Source of the DNA: Felis catus | Lineage: Eukaryota | Assembly (NCBI RefSeq): GCF_018350175.1 | Contig: NC_058368.1 | Location: forward strand, 143,284,001 to 143,348,000 | Direction: 5' to 3' | DNA: 64,000 bases | Part shown: positions 11,226 to 22,845 of the stretch, piece after piece | How positions within the stretch are numbered: the stretch's first letter is position 1 | How the letters are laid out: each line of letters begins with the position of its first letter | Notes under the pieces: model-generated | What the model saw: the letters and a program-made list of their open reading frames with translations, nothing else | Database searches by the model: none | Told to the model about the DNA's origin: nothing | Translations under genes and position numbers: made by a program

Positions 11226-13036
11226 AAATATCATCTAAAACCAAGCTGATGTAACCCAAATGCTAACAGTGAATTTCCAACCCGGATTGCTTTGTATGTT
11301 TTCTAAAGTAGCGAGCTTCCTAGAAAGTAATATATTTTCTTTTCCCGGAAGAGGTAAAAAGTACTTTAGTAGAGTTTCAAATTTCTAACAGTTCCTGTTT
11401 CCCACTACACTCTGAAAATTTGTGGAGAGGTTTATGAATACCCTCTGATTTTAGAACCTGTAGGCGAAGGCATCTGTTTTAGTTACAGAATTTACTTCCA
11501 TGCCCTTAATAGGAGATGGCAATATTCAATGGGGTGTTCATAGATTGGGTGTGAGATATGTCTTTTTCAATGAAAAGACACCTAGGTGATAGACTTTGTA
11601 AGAAAGATGGTTAAAGCCAGATTTTATTTTTAATTGCTTAACATTAGGTAATAGCAACTCCCTTTTAAGTTCTCTCTTTTTAATTACCAAAATACCAGTA
11701 TTACTTTAAATAAAATCATAGTAGAAATAATAAATGAAAAGATAGTTCAGCAAACAAAAGAAGTCTCAAGATTCATGGTTTATGCCACATAGTTATGAAG
11801 AAACCAAATAACTAGCAAAGACTAGAAGTAATAATAAGTAATAATAAAAAAGAATGACAGAGTTGTAGGGAAACAGAGCTTATCCAGTTCATCGTCCAAA
11901 GTCATCCCACCTCCTCCACAATATAACGGACATTGGGTGGCAGTAAAATGTGTTTGGCCTATTCAAAACCCTATTTTATTATTAATTATGTTCTGAACCA
12001 AACCAGGGTAGTTAATGGTTCAAGGATATAATGGTTTGGCATCTCCAGGATATAATGGTGGGTTAAGGAAAATTTTTTATTCTTATGAGTTTGTGCATTT
12101 TTTTTATCAGAGGCCTTGGGAGTGGTGGAGGGAGGGAAGTTAGAGAATTAGTTTCAGGAAAGATATGATTTAGAACACATGGGAGATAATCTCATAAAAC
12201 TATCTTTTGCTCTGATTTTTGACTGTAAATTCATTATTTTTTTTTCTAAAAATGGTTAAAGAGATGTAAATATAATCCCAGACTTATTAAAGAACACACC
12301 AGAAAGTTTTTGTTTGGTGCTATGAGAAAATTATTGCACAACTATATGTGTGAATTTTTAAAATATTTAGAATAGATGGGGATATGGTGCCTTCGAGAAA
12401 ATTACCTGGCTTAATTTCAGGTTGATTGTTCTAAACAGCAGTTACCGAGAACAGGCTGGAAAAAATATGCAGATCTGCAGAGAGCTACAGTAAAGAATGT
12501 TGAGTAAAAGCTTGTGCTATACCTGTGCGTTTACTTGGAATGGAATGCTGTGGAAGCTGATTGCCATGGTAACCAATAATCTTTTTCCTGAATGGGAGAA
12601 CAGGACAACCATGAGGAAAATGCTTTAAATGAGCTACCTTATTCTGTGATGCTTCTGGTGCTAGCTAAGAGAAAAACAACACCCAAAGTATTTAGGATAG
12701 CCATGCTTATAAAAGGAAGTCGCTTTCTTTCCAAAGAGACAAGGCTGAGGCAAAAATTGGGGACTTTCAAAGGGAGATAAGGGCTTAAGATGGCAACTGG
12801 AAACTCTCTGAAGCAGAACATAATTGGTAAAGACTCTGACATGACTAAAAAGGGCAGAAGCAATACCTAGAAACTGTATTAAGGCTCTCCCAAGCATAAG
12901 AGGTCAGACATAAGTGAAGATTCTTAACCTTTGAGATTTTCAGCCAAGATATTTCATGAGGAATTTATAAGACCTTTTATTTCTTTTAATCTGGTTCTAA
13001 ATAGTAATTTCTCTAAAAATTAAAAAGGAAATGGCA

Positions 13037-13131
13037 TTCTGTGTCTCCCTCTCTCTCTGCCCCTCCCCCATTCATGCTCTGTCTCTCTCTGTCCCAAAAA
13101 TAAATAAACGTTGAAAAAAAAATTAAAAAAA
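13037..13131 (+). mobile_element. 5'-truncated young Can-SINE (3' half only)
   Basis: CT region plus AATAAACGTTGAAAAA tail; 15-bp TSD AAAAAGGAAATGGCA at 13022-13036 and 13132-13146. Confidence 0.92.
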
Positions 13132-13508
13132 AAAAAGGAAATGGCAAACATATTTTTATTCAATGTACCTTTTCTATTATTTTAAGAACAAATTATATTT
13201 CATCTATACATAATAAATATGTATATAGATACAAATACATGTATAAATATAGATAGATCTCTATCATATGCCTGCATTGACTTGGTCATCTGCTAAAATG
13301 TCTTATCCTTAAAATAAAATCCAAACTCCATGCCTTGGCCTAAGATGTATTGCATGAGGGGCCCCTGTCCGTCTTTCTTACCTTGGTTACCATACCCCCC
13401 TATACCTCCATTGCTAGTGTATGGGTTAGTATATTAATTGCAAGAAACAAAAGCCCCACCCGATGGTGACCTAAGCTATAAAAGTGTTCAAATTATTTAA
13501 GAATTCTG

Positions 13509-13752
13509 AGGGTGGCTCAGTTGGTTAAGCGTCTGACTTCAGCTTGGGTCATGAGCTCGTGAATTCGAGCCCCACATTGGGCTTTCTGCTGTCAGTGTGG
13601 AGACCCCTTAGGATCCTTTGCCCCCCCCCCCTTTGCCCCTCCTCTGCTCTCTCTCTCTCTCTCAAAAATAAATAAACATTAAAATGAAGAAGAAGAAGAA
13701 GAAGAAGAAGAAGAAGAAGAAGAAGAAGAAGAAGAGGAGGAAGAAGAAGAAG
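13509..13752 (+). mobile_element. Can-SINE with (GAA)n tail
   Basis: GGGTGGCTCAGTTGGTTAAG head, CT tract, AATAAA, then (GAA)n at 13686-13752. Confidence 0.92.
13686..13752. repeat. (GAA)n trinucleotide microsatellite
   Basis: Long near-pure GAA run with a short GAG interruption. Confidence 0.97.
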
Positions 13753-14899
13753 TCTGAAGGTAGGTGGTCCTTTGGTGGTTTGGAAAGTCCAAAGTGTCGT
13801 TATGGTCCAGGCTCTTCCCAGCCTTTCACTTTGACATCTTAATCTGTTGTCTTTTAAACCTGGTTTGATATCTCATGGTTGTTAGATTATTACATTTCTA
13901 AGTATTACAGTCTCACAAAGAGCATTTCAAAACAAAAAAAGAAAGGAAGAGACTTAGGAATTTTTTTCCTTTATGCCTATGTCTTATGAGAGAGAAAAAT
14001 TCTCAAGAGGCCCCCAGAAATTTTCCTCTCACGTCTCCTTGGCCAGAACTGAGTTATAGTCCTATGTCTAAATAAATCACTGACAGTTTGGAACAGAATT
14101 TCCATGATTTTCTTAGACCAATGGTGGTTTATCCCTTGAGCCTGCATATTGCATCTGAACCAAATTAGAGCTCTCCCATCAAGGAAGAAAAGGCAGTGGG
14201 CATTAGGCAAGCAGACCACATATGCAACACACGACCCAAAGCCACTCTGGTATTCCTGCTAGTCTTCAAATATGAAAAGACTGTTTCAAATGCATTGCCT
14301 TTGCCACCTGGAACACATATGCCCAAGATTATCACACTCCTCATCATTCAGTTCTAATTTCAAATCACATCTCTTGAGAGACACCTCCTGAGCATTCTTT
14401 ATAAAATACCAGAATATACATAGTCACTCACCTTCCACTTGATTTACTTTATTTTCTTCACAGTGTATTCAGCTGTATCTAAAATATATTATAGATTTAT
14501 TAATTTTCTTATACACTTATACACCCCGCGAAGAGCAACTTTATCTGTAATCTTGTCTACTTTCCATCTGCAATAGCAAGACAATGTCCAGCACATAGGT
14601 GGTACTCAGTAAACATTTATTGAATGAATGAATTGCTAGATTTTCAGTTATACTTAGGTAGAAATTATCTAGTTAACCAGGGTTCTTAACTAGTTAGCTG
14701 GAGTGAACCACAGAACCCGCTCTAACTGGAACAGAGATTTACTAGAATGGTATATGCAACTAACAGAACCACTGGGAGGGCTGGGAATGTCTCTAGACTG
14801 AGCTCCCAGGAATAAGAACTGGCCGGAAACAGAACATTTAAATGAGTTACTTTGAGGAGTGCTTAATAATGATACTACTCTTTACAAAAGTGCGGCAAG

Positions 14900-15195
14900 A
14901 GAAAATTATGTGGACAGGAGCTGTGTCCTTTGCTGAAGGGTCACAGCCAACCCACAGAGACTTCACAAGAAGGGAGCCCAAATAAATAAATAAATATCTC
15001 CGCTTCACTTTCCTCTCTACCCAATCGTCCATTTCCTGTTGGCGCTCTTCCTAATCTTAACGTATAGAAAGCTAGAGAAGGCACAGGAGTCCAGTGATGT
15101 AGTCCATACAGATTGTCTTCCTGGGGGGAAGGGGAAATCAGGGAAAAAGAAGGGTGCAGGGGCATCTGAAGGGGCAAAAGAAAATATGCAGCCTG
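14900..15195 (-). mobile_element. ERVL LTR fragment (LTR33-like)
   Basis: Reverse complement begins GCTGCATATTTTCTTTTGCCCCTTCAGAT...TGTATGGACTACATCA...GTGGGTTGGCTGTG, resembling the LTR33 5' part. Confidence 0.6.
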
Positions 15196-15209
15196 AATCA
15201 TATTCCATT

Positions 15210-15740
15210 TACCAGCTGTTAGATTAGCAATGATTTTAAAGTTTGGCATATGGAAAAACAAACACTACCACACACTCTTAACCATGTCAATTGGTATGTC
15301 CTTGAGGACATACTTACATTTTGACACAGCAGTTCTACTTTAAGGAATTTATTTTACAGATGGGCTTTCTCAAATATTAAAAAAAAAACAACACAAAGTT
15401 TTTTCTGTATTGCTATGAAGTTTAAAAAAAAAGATGAGACAACCTCTATATCGATCAATAGGGGAATGGTAGATAACTGACCATTTTATTACACGGTGTG
15501 ACCATATAATAAAATATTATGCAGTGATTACAAAGAATGAGGTAGATCTGTAGTGCTGATATGGAAAGATGCCTAATGTAGAAAAAGAATTCTGCATGGA
15601 TATAGTAAATTAAATTGCAGTTGCCTTTAAGGAGTAGGATTGTAAATTTGACAGAGATGGGGATTTTTTTTTTTGCCATTTGGATTATTTGCATTTTTAA
15701 CCATAAACGTATATTATTTTCATAATACAAAAGCAAATCA
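15210..15740 (+). mobile_element. Old L1 (L1M-type) remnant
   Basis: TTTGACACAGCAGTTCTACTTTAAGGAATTTAT and AAAGAATGAGGTAGATCTG..ATATGGAAAGAT motifs. Confidence 0.6.
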
Positions 15741-16609
15741 AATTATTTTAAAATATTATTTAAAATGAAAATACACTTAAAATTCAATTGCAGGAGGAGA
15801 GAATAAGGCATTACATACATTTCATTTTCCTATCTCCCTCAGATTCTTTTATGAAGAAGACTATGTAAGGTTAAAAATACATTTATAAAAAGAAATAAAA
15901 ATAACGTATTTTATTGGAAGTAGTCATTCCATCATACTCTCCACTGATGCAATCATATGTGGATATTCTATTTTAAGCAAGATGCTGATGAGATAGCAAG
16001 ATAACCAAGATGGTGAGAAAGAATCAAGACAGCACCGTGTGAGTTGTGGGTGAAGGTGAATGTTTAATTTGCTGATAACAAAACTCAAATGTTTAATTTG
16101 CTGGTTGATCTCATAGCATGTCCATCACAAAGAATGGGTAATAGCTATGTGAATATGTGCTCTATAAGGTAGTAAAGGATCGGTAGTAAAAATTAATAAA
16201 AGGCAGGTTTTTAGCTCAATATGAGAAAGATTGCAAAAGCATTCAGATCTATATGAATAGAATTGTTTGCCCTGATAATCATTGGCCCAGCTCTTCCTCC
16301 CCTGTATATTGAAGCAGAAACTAGCCATACGATCATTTGTCAGGATGATGTAGAAAAGATGTTTGTATCAGGTAAGAGGTTGGATATAACACCCCCAAAG
16401 CCATTTTTTATTCAAAGATTTTATGACTGCTCAACTCTGAGCTCATGTCAAAATAGTCCTTCACCCATTAGCTTCTCTACATTGTCTTCTTCAGAGAACA
16501 CATCCTCTCCTCTGATGTCATTCATCACCACTGCACAACTTACTTTCTCCTCTTTCCTTCAGGCTCCAATCTCACACCTAGCTTACTGAATAACTCCCAT
16601 TTGAATGTT

Positions 16610-16850
16610 CTTTTTTCCCCCACTTCGTTTGTTTGTTTGTTTGTTTGTTTGTTTGTTTGTTTTGAGAGAGAGAGAAAGATAGAGAGTGCGTGCATGTGAG
16701 CAGGGGATGGGCAGAGAGAGAGAGGGAAAGAGAATCCCAAGCAGGCTCCACACTAAGAGATGCTGGGCTGGAACTCAGGAACGGTGAGATCATGACCTGA
16801 GCAGAAATCAAGAGTCAGACGCTTAACCGACTGAGCCACCCAGGTGCCCC
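16610..16850 (-). mobile_element. Can-SINE with (TTTG)n tail
   Basis: GAGCCACCCAGGTGCCCC at the right end; (TTTG)n at about 16627-16662. Confidence 0.93.
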
Positions 16851-17249
16851 ACACTTGAGTGTTCTCATAAATCAAAATGGTTAAAACGAATTAAACACCT
16901 GAAGCACCCATAATTGTCCTCTTGAGATTTTCTTATTTCTGTACATGACAGGTCACCCAAGGCTAACAGATTTGGCTGGCAAAAAGAAAGCAAATCAAAA
17001 ACAAACAAAAAAACCCCACAAGCTTTGTAAAATCCAGACAGCTTATTACTTACATAGATAACAAAAGCAGGAACAGTAAAGGGGCCTGCTCCCTCACGTC
17101 CCTTTTCCCGCAGAACAAGACAGAAACAAAAGGGGCTAGGTGAAAATGCAACATGAGAGGTGGGCTGCTGCTGCTGATGAGCTGATTCTCTGCTGCACGC
17201 AGCCAAGTAGTTTTATAGCCTGCAGTTGTATGCTAAAGAGGTGGAAATG

Positions 17250-18105
17250 TATAGGAAAGAATGTGGCTGATGGTATTTGGGAGCTAACCTCTAAATTCTT
17301 GAAATTTCCTGAGAGATAGAATGTCTTTGACCATCATGTGATTAGAGAGTTGAGACACTTTTTTCAAGTTTAATTTTTATTTATTTTGAGAGAGAGATAG
17401 AGAGAAAGTGGGGGAGGGGCAGAGAGAGAGGGATTCAGAATCTCAAGCAGGCTCCATGCTGCCAGCACAGAGACTGAAGGGGGGCTCGAAATCACAAACC
17501 ATGAAATTATGACCTGAGTTGAAATCAAGGGTCGGATGCATAACCAACTGAGCCACCCAGGAGCCCTTAGAGAGTCTGGGACTTTGAACCAGGTGATGTC
17601 AGCCCAACCTCTGGAAAGGAGAGAAGGACTAGAAACTTAGTTCAATCATTTGGCTCATGATTTAATCAATCATGCCTACATAAAGAAACATCTATAAAAA
17701 CTCTGAACACAGAAGTTCCAGTGAGCTTCCCTGGTTGGTAATCATACACTGATGTGTGGGATGGTTACACATCTTGAGGATTTGAAAGTTCTGCTTTTAG
17801 GACCCTCCCATAGCTTGCCCCACATGGGTCTTTTCAGATGGCTGGTTCTGTTTTATATCCTTTAAAATAAAACTACAGTCATCAGTGTAGTGCTTTCCTG
17901 AGTTCTGTTGAGTTGTTCTAGTGAATTATTAAAATTGAGGGTATCATGGGAACTTCCACTTTTGTGGTCAGAAATGTGGGTGGCCTGGGAAATTCTGAGC
18001 TCTCAGCTGGTGTTTGAAGTGAGGGTAGTCTTGCAGGGGGGACTATGCCCTTACCGGTGAAATTTGACCTAACTCCAGGTAGTTAGCATTGTAATTGCAT
18101 TGCAG
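17250..18105 (+). mobile_element. ERV LTR (MER21-like), interrupted by a SINE
   Basis: TATAAAAA near 17693, AATAAA near 17866, GCTTTCCTGAGTTCTGT..TCTAGTGAATTAT and CTAACTCCAGGTAG motifs typical of MER21-type LTRs. Confidence 0.7.
17359..17566 (-). mobile_element. Can-SINE inside the MER21-like LTR
   Basis: T tail, GA tract and GAGCCACCCAGGAGCCC head on plus. Confidence 0.92.
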
Positions 18106-18401
18106 AGGAGAAGTTGGCAAACCTCTTACCTCCTTAGAACCTAGGAGATGATGAGAAACTGCCTCATGATAATCTCCTGGAAAGATATGGAGACAAATGA
18201 GAAATGGCCTTGAAGAAGTTTCTCACAAGCTTCACATGGGCTCATGTTCCAAGAGGCTCACAGGACATTCTGTGAAAATTCAAGTCAGCTACAGTTAAGC
18301 TTTGCATCTAAAAGGGTCTGGAAATACAGCAAATGTTATCCTTGACTCATGGAATCAGAGAAATTTTGGCTTTTTTCTTGATGTCTTTCTTCTTTATACT
18401 T

Positions 18402-18464
18402 AAAAAAAATTCTTTTTAATGTTCATTTATTTTTGAGAGAGAGACAGAATGTGAGCAGGGGAGG

Positions 18465-18508
<44 letters not shown>

Positions 18509-18637
18509 GAATCTGAAGCAGGCTCCAGGCTCTGAGCTGTCAGCACAGAGCCTGATGTGGGGCTTGAACTCACAAACAGCAAGATCATGACCTGAGCTGA
18601 AGTCAGATGCTTAACCGTCTGAGCCACCCAAGCACCC
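18402..18637 (-). mobile_element. Can-SINE with expanded (GA)n
   Basis: Full body; flanking direct repeat TTCTTCTTTATACTT. Confidence 0.93.
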
Positions 18638-18659
18638 TATTCTTCTTTATACTTTATAG

Positions 18660-19170
18660 AGGCAATTTAGGGAGTGATTAACTATGGGGACATCCTGCCT
18701 AGGTTTGGATCTCACTTCTGTCATTTAGTAACTATATGCCCTTGATAGTGATCCATTAACCTTTCCTCCAAGGGCTCAGCTGGCTCCAGAACCTCCTATG
18801 TGTGCTTTCACACCCCTACCTTTACCTTTTTTACCTACAAAAATATCACGTGGAGCTATCATTTCCTCTTAGGAAATGAAGATTTTCTTTTGTGAATTCA
18901 TAGCAGGCCCTAATTCATTTTATTTTCTCATTAAAATAAACAGCTCAGGGAATAAACAAAAACTGTTAGTTTGGCTTAACTGTTTTCCTGGTAAACTAAG
19001 ACTTCAAGCAAATTAGCCTCTTGAAGACTAAGCTTTCTCATTTGTAAAATGCAAATAATAAATAATAATCCCTACTGTATAGAGTTCTTGTAAGGATTAA
19101 ATGACTTAATAAAACCCTTAGAATGGTGCCTGGCACACAGATAGCACCCAACAAATATTACCTACTTTTA
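18660..19170 (+). mobile_element. MIR split by about 250 bp of other sequence
   Basis: 5' part at about 18660-18765; 3' part TTTCTCATTTGTAAAATG...AGAATGGTGCCTGGCACACAG at about 19030-19170. Confidence 0.65.
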
Positions 19171-20144
19171 ATACTTATATGTGTTATCTGATTTATTTAT
19201 AGTGACCACATATAATCTTTGTAAACAGAAAAAATAAAATTAAAACATGCAGAAATTCAGAATTTCTATTATATACAAATCACATTAATTTATTTTTTAA
19301 TTCGCAACTAGACAAATTGGCCACATTTTTGCTTATAATCGTAACCTTATAGTCATCATATAAAGGAATGGGATAGCTTTAGGAAAAGTATTTGAAAACT
19401 TCAGTGAATATCTTAGATGAATATATACATGTATAACATATATATTAAAAAATATATATATATATAATTTTAAATTACTTGAAATTCTTCAACCACTCTC
19501 CAAAAAAAGCCACACTTAAATTTTTATCTCATATATATTTAAGGGAAGTACATTAAAATGTTCATGTTTTTTTATCTGTGGATAATGGAATTTTGGATTT
19601 TTTTCTTTATACCCTTATACATATCCTAAATTCTTCCAAGTCATCATGTATTACTTTTTGTAATTAGAAGGAAATTTTACATTTAAAGATAAAATTATTC
19701 TGACCAGAATACTTGCACTGTACAAGAAGAACGTAGAAAACTGAAAAACATTTGAGACTCCAGTGACATGAGAGATCACTTTTGAAATATTCTGAAATTA
19801 TATTTTTATTGGTTTTAACAAGATTTACCACCTACTCAAAATGCAATAGAGTGGTCACCATAAGACAAATTTGTTTGGAAGCACTTGAACCAGCACATGA
19901 ATAGTCATGACATTCAGGAATACGTCCCTGTTGAAAAATAGTTTTTATAATCTGGAATGGCAGTTGTTCTACTAACAGAGTAAGCTGCATGTAGAATAAA
20001 ACGGAAAGAGTTTTAAGGTAGAGATAAAGGATAAGAAAGTATTTTAATGAAATTTCCTTTTGTTATGTTAATATAAATTACAATTGAATACAAACATGAA
20101 CTTTAAAGAAATCAGTAAGTTCTTGTATATTTAGGGATATTGAG

Positions 20145-20370
20145 AACATTGACTCTGAAGATCGACTTTGAGTGTGAGTTCTCTTGGCCCAGCCGGGTAG
20201 CTGTGGATACATTATTTAATATCTCTGAGTCTCATTTTCCCAGTTTCTGAAATGTGAATAATAATAGTACTTGAAGGCCATAATAATAGTACTTGAAGGC
20301 CTTGCTGACATAATTAAATGAAGAATAAAATACCAGTACTTTGCAAGTGCTTAGTAAATGTGCTCTTTGT
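20145..20370 (+). mobile_element. MIR containing a 22-bp tandem duplication
   Basis: ATCTCTGAGTCTCATTTTCC...ATTAAATGA core. Confidence 0.6.
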
Positions 20371-20461
20371 ATAGGAAAGGTAACTGTCAGTTTTTCGTTT
20401 ACTGATGTGAAAATTAATTGCATTCTTTCTATTCCACTTATAATCAGTTGTTTACTCATTT

Positions 20462-20677
20462 ACTTTTTAATGTTAATTTTATTTATTTTAGAGAGAGAGA
20501 GAGAGAGCATGAACATGCACGTGGGTAAGGGGCAGAGAAGTGGGGACAGAGGATCCAAAGCTGGCTCTGTGCTGACAGCAGAGATGCTGATTAGGGGCTT
20601 GCACTCATGAGCGCTGAGATCATGGCCTGAGCCAAAGATGGATGGATGGTTAACCCCCTGAACCACCCAGGTACTCC
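20462..20677 (-). mobile_element. Can-SINE (diverged)
   Basis: T tail, GA tract, head on the right; degenerate TSD TATAATC.G.TGT.TA. Confidence 0.9.
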
Positions 20678-21334
20678 TATAATCGGCTGTCTAAAAGGAA
20701 CTATATAAATGGAAACAAAACATTAGAATATGTAAGAATTAGAGGAATTGACTCCAAAGTTGTTTCCAAAATGAATTCTCCTTTAAGGCATGCAAAACCT
20801 TTGAGAGTTTTACACAGAGGCATATCATACCAACACTTTGATCTTATCAAGTATAAAAGGAAGCAAAAACAGAGACCCTAGTACACAAATACAAAATCCT
20901 TTCTAGTTCAAGCCCAGTGATCTCTGAATCCTTCTGAACTACTACATTTTAGTGTCTTCCATCCATGAATTAGACTGCAAATTACCATTGACTCTGGATT
21001 TATCCCATAGGAGCGGGAGTAAACTCCTGGTGTTTTAAGAATGCCTTCCTGGCACAAAGGCTCATGTCACCCCTCAAAGGACTTTGGAGATCTCAAAGTT
21101 GGCTTCAACTCTTGCCTGTGAGTTAACTGAGCCCTTGCAAGTACATTAGGGTACCTGATTACAAGGGTTAGTTAAACCTCCACAAAACATTTTTCCTTCA
21201 GGGGAAAGCCTCTCTTCATAGTTCTTTGGCCCATCCCACCTCTACAGGAAGGCTTCTCTGGAGTGACAGAACATCCCGGTTTGGACCCAGAAAGAAAGTG
21301 GGCCAGCTCTATGCTTTGCCTAGAACCTACTTTA

Positions 21335-21550
21335 AATTTTTTTTTTTTAATGTTTATTTTATTTTTGAGACAGAGAGAGACAGAGCATGAATGGGGGAGG
21401 GTCAGAGAGAGGGAGACACAGAATCTGAAGCAGGCTCCAGGCTCTGAGCTGTCAGCACAGAGCCCGACGTGGGGCTCAAACTCACAGACCATGAGATCGT
21501 GACCTGAGCCGAAGTCGGATACTTAAACGACTGAGCCACCCAGGCGCCCC
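21335..21550 (-). mobile_element. Can-SINE
   Basis: Perfect 18-bp TSD TGCCTAGAACCTACTTTA at 21317-21334 and 21551-21568. Confidence 0.96.
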
Positions 21551-22644
21551 TGCCTAGAACCTACTTTAGAGTGAACAGTGGGACTCCAGTTACATGGAGC
21601 CTTCCTCATGTCCAAGGCACTTTATTAGCTACCAGCATCCCTCTGCAATCCTGCTCAAATAAAGGGTCAAATAAAGGGTCAGTAATCCTGGGCATTAAGT
21701 GTTAAAGAATGAGAACTGCTTCCTTTCTGGCTACTTACTCGAACTTTCAGATTTTTCCTACCATTACCCCCATTTGCTACTGCTGGCGTTTTCTGCTTGG
21801 AATAACTGTTACCTATGAAGCTGGTAGGCTATCTTTTAGATTACTTTCACAAAATTTAAATATATTTGTCCCAGCACACAAGAATCTGTGAAATGCTGTT
21901 TATGCTCCTCCAAATTAAGACGTGTTTATTGATTCATGTACCCTGTTTCTTCATTTTAAGCCAGCTACCTATACTTGTTTGTTTTTTTTTTAAGTAGTGC
22001 CAATCTAATGATGACTCAATCAAAATTTCTTATTAAATAGGAGGAAACGGCTGGGCATATAATGATTATGGAGAAGTTTTATATTTAGAAATTTTATCCA
22101 CTAGTTTTCCCTTTAGCACAATAAGTCATTATTTCTTTAAAGACCTCATGATATTTCTTCATGTAGTTTCCCTTATGAGGTATGGTGCCTTTTCCCTGAT
22201 AGGTTTTGTTTATGCATTTTTCAATGGTCCTACCCTTTAAATACAGATTCAACTGGTTTGTCCTGTATAGTGTGATACTCACTATCAGCAAGTTTCCACA
22301 GCTACGCCTGCAATTCTTCTTTTAGATAGAATTTAGATAGGCAATCCATCAGTCCCCTGGAAAGTTTGCAGTAACAGGATACACAACTTGGTCAGCAGTT
22401 GCATAATTTTACCCTTGGTGTTCTTTAAAAACCTAGGTAGATCAAGTCTGTTGATTTATCTCTTTCTGGCGTGTAAACTAGGTCCTGGAGACTTCTCATT
22501 ATATATTCATACCACCTTCCATCTGTATAGAGTTTTATGCTTTTCAACAATTTTCAACTTTTTAATGGGTCCAATAGTAGTCATCTTTGTGAATCAAAAA
22601 ATAATTTATTTTTTCTGTAAACTTAAAACTACTCACAAAAATCT

Positions 22645-22845
22645 GGGGCACCTGGGTGGCTCGGTTCGTTAAGTGTCTGAGTCTTGATTTTGGCTCAGGT
22701 CATGATCTCATGGTTCATGCAATCGAGCCCCACTGTGGGCTCTGTGGTGACAGCATGGAGCCTGCTTGGGATTCTCTTTCTTCCTCTCTGTCCACCCCTC
22801 TTCCCCCCTCTCTTTCTCTCTCTCTCTCTCAAAATAAATAAAGGA
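22645..22845 (+). mobile_element. Can-SINE
   Basis: GGGGCACCTGGGTGGCTC head, CT tract, AATAAA. Confidence 0.93.

Larger units (their letters stand above)
13418..14231 (-). mobile_element. MaLR (MLT1-type) LTR, interrupted by a SINE
   Basis: MLT1-like motifs TTGCAAGAAACAAAA, CTCATGGTTG and TCTCCTTGGCCAGAACTGAG; TG...CA ends. Confidence 0.65.
13290..14634 (+). mobile_element. L2 LINE split by a MaLR LTR
   Basis: L2-like segments at about 13290-13415 and 14235-14634, ending in CTCAGTAAACATTTATTGAATGAATGAAT. Confidence 0.7.

Noticed and set aside
12023..12059. 13-bp direct repeat AGGATATAATGGT
   Set aside because: Two short copies only, with no interpretable insert or structure.
12592..12780. 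62-aa ATG-initiated ORF after the X-box
   Set aside because: No recognisable homology or convincing splice signals; length within chance range.
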